Shown here: positions 19,002 to 29,447 of the stretch, piece after piece
How the letters are laid out: every line of letters begins with the position of its first letter
Position numbering within the stretch: position 1 is the first letter of the stretch
Assembly: GCA_043821725.1 (NCBI GenBank)
Contig: JBDRCM010000006.1
Location: 38,287-102,286, forward strand
Source of the DNA: a bacterium
GTDB taxonomy: Bacteria > Patescibacteriota > Patescibacteriia > Magasanikbacterales > GWA2-37-8
Direction of reading: 5' to 3'
DNA: 64,000 bases
Program-made: the position numbers and the translations under genes
The notes under the pieces: generated by a model
Seen by the model: the letters and a program-made list of their open reading frames with translations, nothing else
The model's database searches: none
What the model was told of the DNA's origin: nothing

Positions 19002-19810
19002 ATGATTTCCTTTTGTTCATTCGGTCTTCTTGTTACGATTTTGTTGCCTCTCTTTCCTATAACCACAGTATGCTCATAATGAGCGCACAAAGAGCTGTCT
19101 GCCATTTCAATTGCCCAACCATCTGTTGCAGTGGCTATTTTATAATCGCCTAAAGACACCATTGGTTCAATGGCGATCACCATCCCGCTTTTCAATTTCC
19201 AATCCTGCAAACCCTTGTCAAAATAATTTGGAATGCGCGGCTCTTCATGAACCTCATATCCGACTCCATGCCCGACAAGATCCCGCACTATGCCATAATG
19301 ACCTTGGCTTTTTACATACTCCTCAATTGCTTTACCAATATCTGCCACGCTATTGCCGGGTTGAGCAGCTCTAATGCCCTCTTCCAGCGCCTGCTTTGTC
19401 ACTAATAATAAATCTCTGACTTCATCCGGTGCCTGTCCAATTATTATTGTTATTGATGTATCTGTATAAAAACCGCGATAATTTTTTTTAATTGGATATT
19501 CCATGCCAATATCAATGCTGAAAATATCGCCTTCTTTCAAACGCGCGCTTTTACGCGCGCAAGCATGCACCAACTGGTGATTTATAGAAGCGCAAATAGT
19601 GGAAGGAAAAGCTGATTCTTCAGGTCTGTTTCTATATCCTTTAAACGACGGCCTACCGCCTGCTTGTTGAATCATTTTTTCAGCCACCTGATCAATATCC
19701 CAAGTGCTTAATCCCGGCTTTGATATTTTAGCAAGCTTGGATAATATATTACCAAGAATTTTGCCGCCTTTTTCAATTTGTTGAATAGCTTCTTTATTCT
19801 TTATGTGCAT
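18998..19810 (-). CDS. map: methionine aminopeptidase type I
   Basis: FDIGMEYPIKKNYRGFYTDTSITI, HGVGYEVHEEPRIPNY, and the metal-ligand contexts are present. It lies at the end of the spc-secY-adk-map cluster. Confidence 0.85.
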   Translation of the reverse strand: MHIKNKEAIQQIEKGGKILGNILSKLAKISKPGLSTWDIDQVAEKMIQQAGGRPSFKGYRNRPEESAFPSTICASINHQLVHACARKSARLKEGDIFSIDIGMEYPIKKNYRGFYTDTSITIIIGQAPDEVRDLLLVTKQALEEGIRAAQPGNSVADIGKAIEEYVKSQGHYGIVRDLVGHGVGYEVHEEPRIPNYFDKGLQDWKLKSGMVIAIEPMVSLGDYKIATATDGWAIEMADSSLCAHYEHTVVIGKRGNKIVTRRPNEQKEII

Positions 19811-19826
19811 ATTATTTTGCTAATAA

Positions 19827-20089
19827 GGGTCTGTCGCCAAATACCATTTCTACTGCAATTGATAAATTATGACCAAAATCGTTTCAAAATTTCTTGGCTT
19901 ATCTTACAGATAGGCCTCAAAATTTTTTATCAAGCACTTAATATTAGGCCAAACGGTAAAGAATATCTCATATATTTTTTTCGCGCTGCCACTTCGCCGC
20001 GTCTGCGAAAAAGATATATGACATATTCTTCATCTTTATTACACTGCGTTAGTTAATTTCACTATGAAAGAGCATTTGGAGACAGACCC
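19827..20089 (+). mobile_element. Tn3-like MITE copy 3 (263 bp), inserted between the adk stop and the map start
   Basis: The left TIR GGGTCTGTCGCCAAAT is intact. The right TIR is degenerated (ATTTGGAGACAGACCC). The flanking 5-mers are AATAA and ACTAA, a 4/5 match. Confidence 0.7.
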
Positions 20090-20090
20090 A

Positions 20091-20759
20091 CTAAACAACG
20101 CCCAAAAGTATTTTTTCAATCAACAGTTCAACTTCGTCAATGGTTTTACTGCCATCAACTTTTTTCAGTACTCCCAATTGTCGGTAGTAATTCAGTATCT
20201 CAATCATTGCATTGTTTCCCTGTTTTTCAATTCTTCTTCTTATTATATCTTCAGAATCATCTTGCCGTTCAACAAGATTATTATTGCACTTTGGGCACGT
20301 TGCTAATTCTTTTGTTGATTCAAGCCAAGGAATTAATTCTTTGCATTGCTCGCACACACGCCTTTTTGTTAGACGGTTGAATGACTCTTCATCAGACAAA
20401 CTTACTTCCAATGCAATAAGTTCACTTTCCATCTTTATCTCTTTGATATGTTGCTGATACTTTTTTGCCTGCTCAATGTTGCGAACGGCTCCGTCCAAAA
20501 CAACTCCGCGCCCTTCATTAAAAATTTTATCCATTTCCTGAAATGCCAGATCATATATAAGCCAATCAGGAACTAACTTACCCTGTTTCATTTCCAAAAG
20601 AGCTTTTTTTTGCTTTTCATTGGCATTGCCATTGGCCTGAAGCGCCCGCAACAAATCACCGGTTGAAATATGGCCGTAATTGTATTTTTCAGCTATTTTT
20701 TTGGCTTGAGTTCCCTTGCCACTGCCCGGAGATCCTATCATTATGATTATTTTTTTCAT
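20091..20759 (-). CDS. adk: adenylate kinase with a zinc-binding lid
   Basis: MKKIIIMIGSPGSGKGTQAKKIAEKYNYGHISTGDLLR. The lid cysteines are CEQC...CPKC. Confidence 0.9.
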   Translation of the reverse strand: MKKIIIMIGSPGSGKGTQAKKIAEKYNYGHISTGDLLRALQANGNANEKQKKALLEMKQGKLVPDWLIYDLAFQEMDKIFNEGRGVVLDGAVRNIEQAKKYQQHIKEIKMESELIALEVSLSDEESFNRLTKRRVCEQCKELIPWLESTKELATCPKCNNNLVERQDDSEDIIRRRIEKQGNNAMIEILNYYRQLGVLKKVDGSKTIDEVELLIEKILLGVV

Positions 20760-20870
20760 ATTTTGGCTAAAATTACGATAATATTATATCACAGAGATTT
20801 ATTTCTCGCAACCATTCATTAAAAAATCCGGCCAATAACCGGATCTTAAATATAATGACAAATTATTTTT

Positions 20871-22145
20871 TTAAATCTTGTCGTAGGCATGCATTGTAAG
20901 CTGGGCATCTATTTGCTTTGATATTTCAATGGCAACGGCCACAACTATGAGCAAACTTGTACCCCCGATGGCCAAGCTTTGAGTTCCCAATCCTGCCTGC
21001 AACATTAAAGGAAGTATGGCTATCAATCCAAGAAAAGAAGCTCCTGTAAGATTTATTCTACTCATTGTTTTCTGCAAATATTTCTCAGTTTCCTTGCCCG
21101 GTCTTATGCCCGGAATAAATCCGCCTTGCTTCTGCAAATTTTCAGCTATTTTTTGCGGATGAAAAATTACAGCTGTGTAAAAATATGTAAATCCGAAAAC
21201 CAAAAAGAAATACATGAGTCCGTAAAACAATTGATTTTGGAAAAGTGCAACAGTGCCCATTGCAAATTTTGCAAGCCATGCGCTTTTAGCGCCAATAAAA
21301 AACTGCGCGACCATTGGTGGAAGTAGCACCAATGAAATGGCAAAGATGATCGGAATTACTCCGGCCATGTTTACGCGCATAGGCAGGTGCGAAGTAGATC
21401 CTCCAAAACTTTTGTTGCCTCTTACCTGCTTTGCATAATTAATCGGAATATTACGCTGCCCTTCGCTAATAAATACAACACCAACCACAGTAACGACTGC
21501 TATAACACCGAATAAAACAAAGGTATAAAAATCAGAACCAGTGTAATTGATTATAGCGTTTCTCATCAGGCCTGGCAGAGCCGCGATAATGCCGGCAAAG
21601 ATCAAAAGGGATATGCCATTGCCAACTTTTTTTTCAGAGATTAATTCGCCTATCCACATTAAAAATATTGTACCTGCCGTAATGGTGGTCATTATAATAA
21701 TCAAACGCCATGCATTTAAATCGGTAATAACCGGATTAGCTGAACTGTTCAAAATTTTTATCATTCCATATGATTGTATAAAAGCCAGCGGTACAGCCAA
21801 AAGTCGGGTATACATATTTATTTTCTGCTGTCCTGATTCTCCCTCTTTAGAAAGCTCTTCCAACTTTGGAACAATCATTGTAAGCAGTTGAAAAATGATT
21901 GAAGAGGTGATATACGGAGCAACACCAAGCATAACAACTGAAAAATTCTGCATTGTACCGCCGGAAAAAACATTAAGTAATCCCAAAATCTGATTACCGC
22001 TCAAAAAATCGCGCAAATTATCAATATTTACACCCGGAATCGGAATGTGCGCGACCAATCGAAAAATCACAAGCATTGAAATTACGAAAATAATCTTGTT
22101 TCTAATATCTTTAATTTTCCACGCCTGAATAATTTTATCAAACAT
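20871..22145 (-). CDS. secY: preprotein translocase subunit SecY
   Basis: 424 aa with 10 TM segments. SecY motifs are present and the operon position after rplO is conserved. Confidence 0.9.
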   Translation of the reverse strand: MFDKIIQAWKIKDIRNKIIFVISMLVIFRLVAHIPIPGVNIDNLRDFLSGNQILGLLNVFSGGTMQNFSVVMLGVAPYITSSIIFQLLTMIVPKLEELSKEGESGQQKINMYTRLLAVPLAFIQSYGMIKILNSSANPVITDLNAWRLIIIMTTITAGTIFLMWIGELISEKKVGNGISLLIFAGIIAALPGLMRNAIINYTGSDFYTFVLFGVIAVVTVVGVVFISEGQRNIPINYAKQVRGNKSFGGSTSHLPMRVNMAGVIPIIFAISLVLLPPMVAQFFIGAKSAWLAKFAMGTVALFQNQLFYGLMYFFLVFGFTYFYTAVIFHPQKIAENLQKQGGFIPGIRPGKETEKYLQKTMSRINLTGASFLGLIAILPLMLQAGLGTQSLAIGGTSLLIVVAVAIEISKQIDAQLTMHAYDKI

Positions 22146-22211
22146 AAACGTTTATTTCACCCCGCACCAGGAAGCAACAAACTTTGGCTTGTGGATGAAG
22201 GTGCAGAGCCG

Positions 22212-22691
22212 TTAGGCTTTCGGGGCGGAATTCCGTCCTGATGGACATCCGGACTTCACTTCTCCACCTGCAGATTTAATGGCTTCAGTAGCTTTGCCTG
22301 TGCATAAAATTTTAATAACCGTCAACTTTTTCTTGAGCTCGCCGTTGCCAAGCACTTTTGCACTTTTAGTTCCTTTTTTAATCAATTTTTTTTCAATAAG
22401 TACTTTTAAATCAACCGTATCGCCATCATTAAAATTTCTTTCAAGCACTGTAAGCGACAATTCAACCGGCTTGGTATTCAATGATTTGAAACCGCGTAAT
22501 TTAGGAGTGGATTGCAAAGTTGGCTTAAATCCTTTGAGCTTAAGGCCACTTTTTCCGCCTGAACGGCTTTTTTGTCCTTTCAATCCTCTACCTGAATAAT
22601 TACCTCTGCCTGAGGCATTACCACGCCCCTTTCTACGCTTGGATTTTTTAGCTCCTTTGGCGCATTTAATTGTATTTGGTCTTAATGGCAT
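22212..22691 (-). CDS. rplO: 50S ribosomal protein L15
   Basis: MPLRPNTIK...KGRGNASGRGNYSGRGLKGQKSRSGG. The start is taken at the internal ATG at 22691; the longer ORF running to 22742 overlaps rpsE. Confidence 0.85.
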   Translation of the reverse strand: MPLRPNTIKCAKGAKKSKRRKGRGNASGRGNYSGRGLKGQKSRSGGKSGLKLKGFKPTLQSTPKLRGFKSLNTKPVELSLTVLERNFNDGDTVDLKVLIEKKLIKKGTKSAKVLGNGELKKKLTVIKILCTGKATEAIKSAGGEVKSGCPSGRNSAPKA

Positions 22692-22701
22692 ATTGTTTAC
22701 G

Positions 22702-23268
22702 CTATTCTTTGACGTTTTTGTCAGTTTGATCAATTTTCTCAACTTGATCGTTGACTTTTTGATCGTTGACTTTTAATTTATCTTGATCAAATGAAGACAA
22801 TTTGAACGATTGAAGAGCTTGAAAAGTGGCTTTAACAATGCTGATTTTATTTTTCGTCTTTCCTAATATTTTGGCTGAAACATTAGGCACGCCTGCCAAA
22901 TCAAGCAGAGCGCGAACCGGTCCGCCTGCAATAATTCCGGTACCTTGCGGAGCAGGTTTAAGAAAAACAGTTGACGCCTTAAACTTATAATATATCGGAT
23001 GGGGAAGCGTGTTGTTAATAATCGGAACATTAATCATATTTTTCTTGGCTTGCTTTACGGCTTTTTCAACCCCTATCTGAACATCCTTGCCTTTGGCGAC
23101 GCCAAAACCAACTTTGCCCTTTCTATTTCCAAGAACAACGCAGACACGAAAACTCAAATGCTTGCCACCCTTGGTAACTCGCGTAACGCGCGCCAAGTCC
23201 AGAATGTATTGATCAAATTCCGGCTTTTCTTTCTTATAATTCATTTTTCTTCTTGTTGGTTTTCCCAT
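22702..23268 (-). CDS. rpsE: 30S ribosomal protein S5 with a C-terminal extension
   Basis: GGKHLSFRVCVVLGNRKGKVGFGVAKGKDVQIGVEKAVKQAKK. The next gene downstream in the operon is rplO, with no rpmD (L30) between them. Confidence 0.9.
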   Translation of the reverse strand: MGKPTRRKMNYKKEKPEFDQYILDLARVTRVTKGGKHLSFRVCVVLGNRKGKVGFGVAKGKDVQIGVEKAVKQAKKNMINVPIINNTLPHPIYYKFKASTVFLKPAPQGTGIIAGGPVRALLDLAGVPNVSAKILGKTKNKISIVKATFQALQSFKLSSFDQDKLKVNDQKVNDQVEKIDQTDKNVKE

Positions 23269-23293
23269 ATTTTAGTGTTGTGTGATGAAAAAA

Positions 23294-23668
23294 TTATAGC
23301 TTCAATCCTTGATCGCGCGCTCCGTCAGCCACTGCCTTGACTCTACCGTGATATTTGTAGCCGGCACGGTCAAAGACAGCTTCCTTTATATTTTTTTCAA
23401 GAGCCATTTCAGCAATTTTTTTGCCGGCCAAATAAGCTTTGGCAATCTTTCCGGAAAGCTCGCCGGCTTTTTGTTCCTTTATGGAAGCGGAATTTACAGA
23501 AGCTAAACTTACTCCGGCAACATCATCAACCAGCTGAATGTTTGTTGAGCGTAAACCTCTAAAAACCGAAATGCGGGGCCTTACAGCAGTGCCCTTTACT
23601 ATGGCGCGTACTCGCTTATGCCTTACTTGCCTAAGTGCGTTTTTGGTTTTATTGAATATTCTCTTCAT
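23294..23668 (-). CDS. rplR: 50S ribosomal protein L18
   Basis: RLSVFRGLRSTNIQLVDDVAGVSLAS...GYKYHGRVKAVADGARDQG. Confidence 0.9.
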   Translation of the reverse strand: MKRIFNKTKNALRQVRHKRVRAIVKGTAVRPRISVFRGLRSTNIQLVDDVAGVSLASVNSASIKEQKAGELSGKIAKAYLAGKKIAEMALEKNIKEAVFDRAGYKYHGRVKAVADGARDQGLKL

Positions 23669-23682
23669 AATTATTCTTCATT

Positions 23683-24258
23683 TTACTCTCCTTTTGAAGC
23701 GGTTTTTCCCGCCTTGCGCCTTATTTGCTCGTCAATATATTTAATCCCCTTGCCTTTGTATGGCTCTGGCTTTCTTATTTTTCTTATATTAGCGGCAACC
23801 TCTCCGACTAACTGTTTGTCAATGCCTTCAATGGTGATTTGATTTTTTTCCACTGAATACTGAATACGATCATTTGCTTTAACTTCAACCGGATGCGAAT
23901 AGCCGACCTCCAATATTAAATCATTACCTTTCATTGCGGCTTTATATCCAACGCCGTTAATTTCAAGCTGTTTTTTAAATCCTTCGCTCACTCCTTTAAT
24001 CATATTACCAAGTATGCTGGAATAAGTGCCCCACAAAGATTTCTGCTGTTTGTCACTTTCATCAGCAATCTTGACTGTTGCGCCTTCCTGCTCAACAATA
24101 ATGGAAACATCGGGATGTATGGCTTGTTTTAATTCACCTTTTGGGCCTTTAACGATAATCAAGCCGTCCTGAACTGCAACAGTTACGCCGTTTGGAATTT
24201 CTCTTATTATTTTTCCTATTCTGGACATATTAATAGATTTCACAAATAATTTCGCCAC
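23683..24258 (-). CDS. rplF: 50S ribosomal protein L6
   Basis: MSRIGKIIREIPNGVTVAVQDGLIIVKGPKGEL...GVGYKAAMKGNDLILEVGYSHPV. Confidence 0.9.
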   Translation of the reverse strand: MAKLFVKSINMSRIGKIIREIPNGVTVAVQDGLIIVKGPKGELKQAIHPDVSIIVEQEGATVKIADESDKQQKSLWGTYSSILGNMIKGVSEGFKKQLEINGVGYKAAMKGNDLILEVGYSHPVEVKANDRIQYSVEKNQITIEGIDKQLVGEVAANIRKIRKPEPYKGKGIKYIDEQIRRKAGKTASKGE

Positions 24259-24622
24259 CCATTTTCATCTTCCTGGCCTCTTGATTGGTCATAAGTCCTT
24301 TAGGCGTTGATATAATTGATATTCCAATTCCGCTCAGTACTTGCTTGATCTCGTCATTTTTAACATAAACACGCCTGCCCGGTTTGCTTATTCTCTTGAT
24401 ATGAGAAACTGCCGGCTCCTTATTGTTATATTTTAGAGTAACCAATAAATATGGGTGTGTTGCATCATTTTTCTTTTCCACATTTTTAAGATAACCATTG
24501 CCGACCAATATATCTGCGATAGATTTTTTAATTTTGGAAAAAGGTATGCAAACTTCGCGCTTGTTTATCATGGAAGCATTTCTGACTCTTGTTAGCATGT
24601 CCGCGATTGGGTCGGTCATCAT
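24230..24622 (-). CDS. rpsH: 30S ribosomal protein S8
   Basis: MMTDPIADMLTRVRNASMINKREVCIPFSKIKKSIADILVGNGYL. Confidence 0.9.
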   Translation of the reverse strand: MMTDPIADMLTRVRNASMINKREVCIPFSKIKKSIADILVGNGYLKNVEKKNDATHPYLLVTLKYNNKEPAVSHIKRISKPGRRVYVKNDEIKQVLSGIGISIISTPKGLMTNQEARKMKMGGEIICEIY

Positions 24623-24659
24623 ATTTTATTTTCTTTTTTTATATTTAATTATTTGATAT

Positions 24660-24848
24660 TTACCAGCTTGATTTTCTTATGCCGGGCAATCTGCCTTCAT
24701 TCGCCATTTCCCTAAAACAGATGCGGCAAATGCCGAACTTTCTAATAAAAGCTCTGGCACGGCCACACTTCCAACACCGTCTCACGATTCTGGTTGAATA
24801 TTTTGGTTTTTTATCAATTGACTTAGAAATTTTCGCTTTAGTAGCCAT
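24660..24848 (-). CDS. rpsN: 30S ribosomal protein S14 type Z (zinc-binding, 62 aa)
   Basis: [62 protein letters not shown]. The start is set at the ATG at 24848; the 102-aa ORF in the track is an upstream read-through. Confidence 0.9.
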   Translation of the reverse strand: MATKAKISKSIDKKPKYSTRIVRRCWKCGRARAFIRKFGICRICFREMANEGRLPGIRKSSW

Positions 24849-24858
24849 AAAATATTTT

Positions 24859-25401
24859 CTATTTTTTAAACGGAAAACCGAGCATTGCCAGCAATTTTCT
24901 TCCTTCATCAGCATTAGATGCTGTCGTGCATATAGCAACTTCAAGCCCGTGTATTTTGTCAACTTCATCAGCTCTTATTTCCGGAAAAGACAGATGTTCT
25001 TTCATTCCCAAAGTATAGTTGCCGACCTTGTCAAAACTGTTTGGTGAAATTCCGCGAAAATCTCTTACTCGCGGTAAAGTCAAACATAAAAATTTTTCTA
25101 GAAAATCATACATCCTTTTGCCCCTTAATGTAACCATCACTCCAATTTCCATTCCTTGCCTTACTTTAAAATTTGATATGGCTTTTTTGGCTTTAGTGCG
25201 AATTGGCTTCTGGCCTGTGATTTTTGTTAATGTACTTTCAACATTTTCAATATATCCGGATTCCTTTAAAAATCTGCCTACTCCAACATTTAGTACTACT
25301 TTATTTATTTTAGGCACTTGCATAATGTTGGACAGCTTTAATTCGGCCTTTAGCTTAGGAACGATTACTTTTTTGTATTGTTTATACAAATTATTTTCCA
25401 T
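24859..25401 (-). CDS. rplE: 50S ribosomal protein L5
   Basis: [22 protein letters not shown]...[11 protein letters not shown]. Confidence 0.9.
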   Translation of the reverse strand: MENNLYKQYKKVIVPKLKAELKLSNIMQVPKINKVVLNVGVGRFLKESGYIENVESTLTKITGQKPIRTKAKKAISNFKVRQGMEIGVMVTLRGKRMYDFLEKFLCLTLPRVRDFRGISPNSFDKVGNYTLGMKEHLSFPEIRADEVDKIHGLEVAICTTASNADEGRKLLAMLGFPFKK

Positions 25402-25409
25402 AATATATA

Positions 25410-25718
25410 TTATTCAACTGTTTCTTTGCACTTTCTACAAATTCTTTGCTTTTTATTTCCTTCCACCAAATAACCGACTCTGGTTCTTTTCTCGCATTTT
25501 GGACATAAAAGAGCAACCTTGGAGACTGTTAAAGGAGCTGAAATCTCAATTATCTGGCCCTTGTCTCCGCGCTTGCTGGGCTTCATGTGTTTTTTAATTA
25601 TATTGAGCCCTTCTACCACAACCTTGTTCTCTTTTGGAAAACATTGAATAACCTTTCCATTTTTTGCAAGGTCTTTCCCCTTAATTATGACTACTTTGTC
25701 TCCTGTCTTTATTTTCAT
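25410..25718 (-). CDS. rplX: 50S ribosomal protein L24 with a C-terminal zinc-ribbon-like CxxC..CxxC
   Basis: MKIKTGDKVVIIKGKDLAKNGKVIQ...CPKCEKRTRV...CRKC. Confidence 0.85.
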   Translation of the reverse strand: MKIKTGDKVVIIKGKDLAKNGKVIQCFPKENKVVVEGLNIIKKHMKPSKRGDKGQIIEISAPLTVSKVALLCPKCEKRTRVGYLVEGNKKQRICRKCKETVE

Positions 25719-25732
25719 ATTTATCTGATTGA

Positions 25733-26104
25733 TTACAGCACTTCAGGTGAGAGTGATATTATCTTCTTGTATCCTCTAAATCGCAATTCTCTTGCCACAG
25801 GCCCGAATATGCGAGTACCTTTTGGCTCTTTTGTCTTGCGATCAATAACAACGGCCGCGTTTTCATCAAATCTTATATAAATACCATTACTGCGCCTTAT
25901 TTCTTTTCTCTGGCGAACTATAACAGCATGTATAACTTCGCCTTTTTTTACCATTCCTCTTGGAACGGCTTCCTTTACTGTGCAGGTGATTACATCTCCA
26001 ATTCTGGCGTATCTCTTTTTATATCCACCCAAAACTCGGATGCACATTAGTTTCTTGGCTCCGCTGTTATCTGCAACTTTTAACATTGAACGGTGTTGAA
26101 TCAT
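25733..26104 (-). CDS. rplN: 50S ribosomal protein L14
   Basis: [27 protein letters not shown]. Confidence 0.9.
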   Translation of the reverse strand: MIQHRSMLKVADNSGAKKLMCIRVLGGYKKRYARIGDVITCTVKEAVPRGMVKKGEVIHAVIVRQRKEIRRSNGIYIRFDENAAVVIDRKTKEPKGTRIFGPVARELRFRGYKKIISLSPEVL

Positions 26105-26105
26105 A

Positions 26106-26387
26106 TTATTTTATGACTTGTAACAATCTCCATCTTACTGTCTTTGATAAAGGTCGGCAACCCATGAACGTTACTTTATCACCGGCTTTTGCCATTCCTT
26201 TTTCATCCCGCACGTGATATTTCTTTGTGCTTTTATAATATTTCTTGTATTTGCGATGCAATTTTCGGGATTCAACAACCACATTGATTGTCTTGTCCAT
26301 TGAATTTGAAAACACAACGCCGGTAAAAATCTTTAAATTTGCTTTTTTTTGCTTTTTAATTTCCATAATAATCAAATTATTTTTCAT
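26106..26387 (-). CDS. rpsQ: 30S ribosomal protein S17
   Basis: [44 protein letters not shown]. Confidence 0.85.
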   Translation of the reverse strand: MKNNLIIMEIKKQKKANLKIFTGVVFSNSMDKTINVVVESRKLHRKYKKYYKSTKKYHVRDEKGMAKAGDKVTFMGCRPLSKTVRWRLLQVIK

Positions 26388-26586
26388 CTTTTGCTTTTTC
26401 GAAAATTCTGGCGGCCAGTAATGAACGGAGTCTGCTTATTGTTTTCTTTGCTTCATTAACCTTATGAACCTGCTTGAGCTGTTTTGAGCTGGCCTGAAAA
26501 TTAAGATTGTGCAAAATAGACCGTTGCTCTGCCAGCAGTTCTTTAATTTCATCCGTATTTTTATTTTTTAAATCATCCCATTTCAT
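26377..26586 (-). CDS. rpmC: 50S ribosomal protein L29
   Basis: 69 aa. A helical MKWDDLKNKNTDEIKELLAEQRSILHNLNFQ sits between L16 and S17. Confidence 0.8.
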   Translation of the reverse strand: MKWDDLKNKNTDEIKELLAEQRSILHNLNFQASSKQLKQVHKVNEAKKTISRLRSLLAARIFEKAKDEK

Positions 26587-26588
26587 AA

Positions 26589-26999
26589 CTATTTTTTTAC
26601 AAACTTTGTTCTTATACCTAATTTATATCCTGCCAAATCCATAGCTTCTTTAGCTTTGACTTCTGTTATGCCGTCCATCTCAAACAGCACGGTGCCGGGC
26701 TTTACTATTGCAACATAATGATCTGGAGCTCCTTTTCCTTTACCCATTGGCATTTCATTTCCTTTTTTCGTTATGGGCTTGTCAGGAAAAATTCTTATCC
26801 AAATTTTTCCTCCCTTTCTTACGTAGCGTGTTAAAACTCTTCTGGTTGCTTCAATTTGCCGGCTTGTAATCCATCCATGGCTCAATCCTTTCATTCCAAA
26901 ACTGCCAAAATCAACTGAATTGATCCGAGTGGCCACGCCTTTGTTCCTGCGCCTGCCTTTATGCCATTTTCTATGTAATACTTTTTTGGGAATCAACAT
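26589..26999 (-). CDS. rplP: 50S ribosomal protein L16
   Basis: [39 protein letters not shown]...[14 protein letters not shown]. Confidence 0.9.
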   Translation of the reverse strand: MLIPKKVLHRKWHKGRRRNKGVATRINSVDFGSFGMKGLSHGWITSRQIEATRRVLTRYVRKGGKIWIRIFPDKPITKKGNEMPMGKGKGAPDHYVAIVKPGTVLFEMDGITEVKAKEAMDLAGYKLGIRTKFVKK

Positions 27000-27005
27000 A
27001 CTTGG

Positions 27006-27689
27006 TTATTTTTTTTCTTTTTCATCCTTGGAAGCGCTGAATTTATCATGTTTGCCAAATGACTCTCCCTTGTATATCCACACTTTTACTCCAATTACGC
27101 CATAAATCGTATGGGCTGTAACAAAAGCATAATCAATATCACTTCTCATTGTAATTAACGACATTTTTCCGGCGCTTATTTTTTCGGTTCTGGCAATTTC
27201 AACTCCATTTAATCTTCCGGCCATGCAAACCTTGACACCAAGCGCGCCCACACTCATAACTTTTTCTATGGCCTGCTTCATTACTCGCCTGAATGGAAAA
27301 CGCCTTTCAATTTCAGTTGCCATGGTTTGAGCCATTATAGCGGCGCTAAGAGCGGGCTGTCTGACTTCTTGAACGTTAATCTGCACTTTCAATTTGAACT
27401 GTAAAATATTCCTTTCAATGTATTTTTTAATAACGTCCAATTCTTTACCTCCACGTCCAATAATCACGCCCGGACGTCCGGCAAGAATAATTACCTTCAT
27501 TTCTTTGGCATTCCTTTCAATTCCAATAGCGTCAATAGCCGCATCTTTCAACTTCTTATTAAGGTATTCCCTAACTAACGTCTCTTGTTGAAGCATTACC
27601 GGCATGCAGTTCTTCTTGGCGAACCATTTAGAATCCCAGGTATACAATGTAGGTATCCTATATATTGTGGGGTGTACTTTATGACCCAT
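27006..27689 (-). CDS. rpsC: 30S ribosomal protein S3
   Basis: MGHKVHPTIYRIPTLYTWDSKWFAKK...KH domain...GRLNGVEIARTE. Confidence 0.9.
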   Translation of the reverse strand: MGHKVHPTIYRIPTLYTWDSKWFAKKNCMPVMLQQETLVREYLNKKLKDAAIDAIGIERNAKEMKVIILAGRPGVIIGRGGKELDVIKKYIERNILQFKLKVQINVQEVRQPALSAAIMAQTMATEIERRFPFRRVMKQAIEKVMSVGALGVKVCMAGRLNGVEIARTEKISAGKMSLITMRSDIDYAFVTAHTIYGVIGVKVWIYKGESFGKHDKFSASKDEKEKK

Positions 27690-27718
27690 AGATTGGTGGT
27701 TTGTTTTTTGTTTTTATA

Positions 27719-28225
27719 TTATTCTTTTTTCTTTGCCTCGTTGGTATCTTCTTTTAATTTTACGCCGTCTTTTTTGTCTTGCTTTTTCTCTTTTGATTTC
27801 ATTTCAGTTTTTTTCTCTTTTTTTTCATGTTTTAGCTCACTTACTTTTGATTCACCAGCTTTCAATTTTTCACTTTCCAGTTTCAAATCCTTAATTGAAG
27901 TCAAAATAATTGTAATGTGAGACGTCCTCTTCATGATTGAAGCTGCTCGACCGCGAGCTCTTGGCCTCCATCTTTTCAAGGTAGGGCCTTCATTTACTGT
28001 AATTGAAGAGATCTTAAGGTCAGCTTCGTCAAGTTGAAAATTATTTTTTGCATTCGCCACTGCTGATCTCAGTAATTCGGCAATTGGTTTTGTAGCTTTT
28101 TTTGGGAGCAAAGTCAAAATCTCCTGTGCTTTAATAGCTTTTTTTTCTCGTATTAAATTAGCCACCAATCTTGTCTTGCGCGGGCTAATTCTTAAATATC
28201 TTAGTTTTGCTTTAACTTCAATCAT
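27719..28225 (-). CDS. rplV: 50S ribosomal protein L22 with a lysine-rich C-terminal extension
   Basis: MIEVKAKLRYLRISPRKTRLVANLIREKKAIKAQEIL...HITIILTS followed by a ~60-aa K/E-rich tail. Confidence 0.85.
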   Translation of the reverse strand: MIEVKAKLRYLRISPRKTRLVANLIREKKAIKAQEILTLLPKKATKPIAELLRSAVANAKNNFQLDEADLKISSITVNEGPTLKRWRPRARGRAASIMKRTSHITIILTSIKDLKLESEKLKAGESKVSELKHEKKEKKTEMKSKEKKQDKKDGVKLKEDTNEAKKKE

Positions 28226-28286
28226 ATTTTATATATCTTTGTCCTTGGCAATAGCGCTGACATCACGCCGGCTAAATCAATTTTTT

Positions 28287-28577
28287 CTATTTTTTATCTT
28301 TTTTCTCATCTTTTGCTTTTTTTCCGCCATGACCTACAAACTTTCTGGTTGGCGAAAACTCTCCAAGCTTATGTCCTACCATATTTTCATCAACCAAAAC
28401 AGAAATAAAATTCTTTCCATTGTGAACCAAAAAAGTCATTGAGATCATTAACGGCGTTATTGTGCTGGATCTGGCCCATGTCTTAATTGGCTTATTGTCA
28501 TTCAAATCTTTGGCTTTTTTCACCTTTATCATCAATTTTTCATCAGTAAAAGGGCCTTTTTTTAAACTTCTGCTCAT
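28287..28577 (-). CDS. rpsS: 30S ribosomal protein S19
   Basis: [19 protein letters not shown]...[19 protein letters not shown]. Confidence 0.9.
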   Translation of the reverse strand: MSRSLKKGPFTDEKLMIKVKKAKDLNDNKPIKTWARSSTITPLMISMTFLVHNGKNFISVLVDENMVGHKLGEFSPTRKFVGHGGKKAKDEKKDKK

Positions 28578-28586
28578 AATTTTATA

Positions 28587-29438
28587 TTATTTTTTTCTTC
28601 TTGATTTTCGCCTGCTTTTAACAATAAACTTAGTGCTGAATTTGCCTTTTTTCCTAGTACGCACTCCCATTGCCGTCTTGCCATAAACTGTCTGTGGACC
28701 TCTCTTCTGTCCGATCGGGCTGTGTCCTTCGCCTCCGCCATGCGGATGATCATTTGGGTTCATGTTCTTTCCTTTAACAGTTGGTCTTACGCCAAGGTGT
28801 CTTTTTCTACCGGCTTTGCCCCAACGAATCAATCGATAATCTTCATTCCCAACTTCACCTATTGTAGCAGCGCACTTTTTTGAAACTTTTCTAATTTCAG
28901 CTGATGGTAGCTTTATTATGGCATAATCTTCCTCAATTGTCATGAGCTGTGCGGAATTGCCGGCTCCTCGCACCATCTGGCCACCCTTGCCCGGTGTAAT
29001 TTCAATATTGTAGACGAACATGCCAATAGGTATGTAATCCAATGGCATTCTATTTCCAATCTTTGCTTCAATTAATTTGTCTGATGACATTACTTTATCG
29101 CCCACATTCATTCCTTTAGGGCATAAAATATATGACATTCTCTTGTCTTCATATTCCAAAAGCGCAATTCTTGGCGCTCTGTTCGGATCATATTCTATGG
29201 CTTTTACTTCAGCTTCCTTATTATAAAAACTTCTTTTAAAATCAACCATTCTATAATTTCTTTTAGCGCCTCCGCCTTTGTGTCTTACTGTAATTTTTCC
29301 TTGATTGTTGCGGCCTGCCTTTTTTTTCAACGGTTTTATTAAACTTTTTGTGGGTTCTTTTTTTGTAATGTCACTAAAAACCTGGACGCTTGATTGGCGT
29401 CTGCCCGGTGTTGTTGGTTTGTAACGTTTAATTGGCAT
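28587..29438 (-). CDS. rplB: 50S ribosomal protein L2
   Basis: MPIKRYKPTTPGRRQSSV...MNPNDHPHGGGEGHSPIG. Confidence 0.9.
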   Translation of the reverse strand: MPIKRYKPTTPGRRQSSVQVFSDITKKEPTKSLIKPLKKKAGRNNQGKITVRHKGGGAKRNYRMVDFKRSFYNKEAEVKAIEYDPNRAPRIALLEYEDKRMSYILCPKGMNVGDKVMSSDKLIEAKIGNRMPLDYIPIGMFVYNIEITPGKGGQMVRGAGNSAQLMTIEEDYAIIKLPSAEIRKVSKKCAATIGEVGNEDYRLIRWGKAGRKRHLGVRPTVKGKNMNPNDHPHGGGEGHSPIGQKRGPQTVYGKTAMGVRTRKKGKFSTKFIVKSRRKSRRKK

Positions 29439-29447
29439 AATTATTTC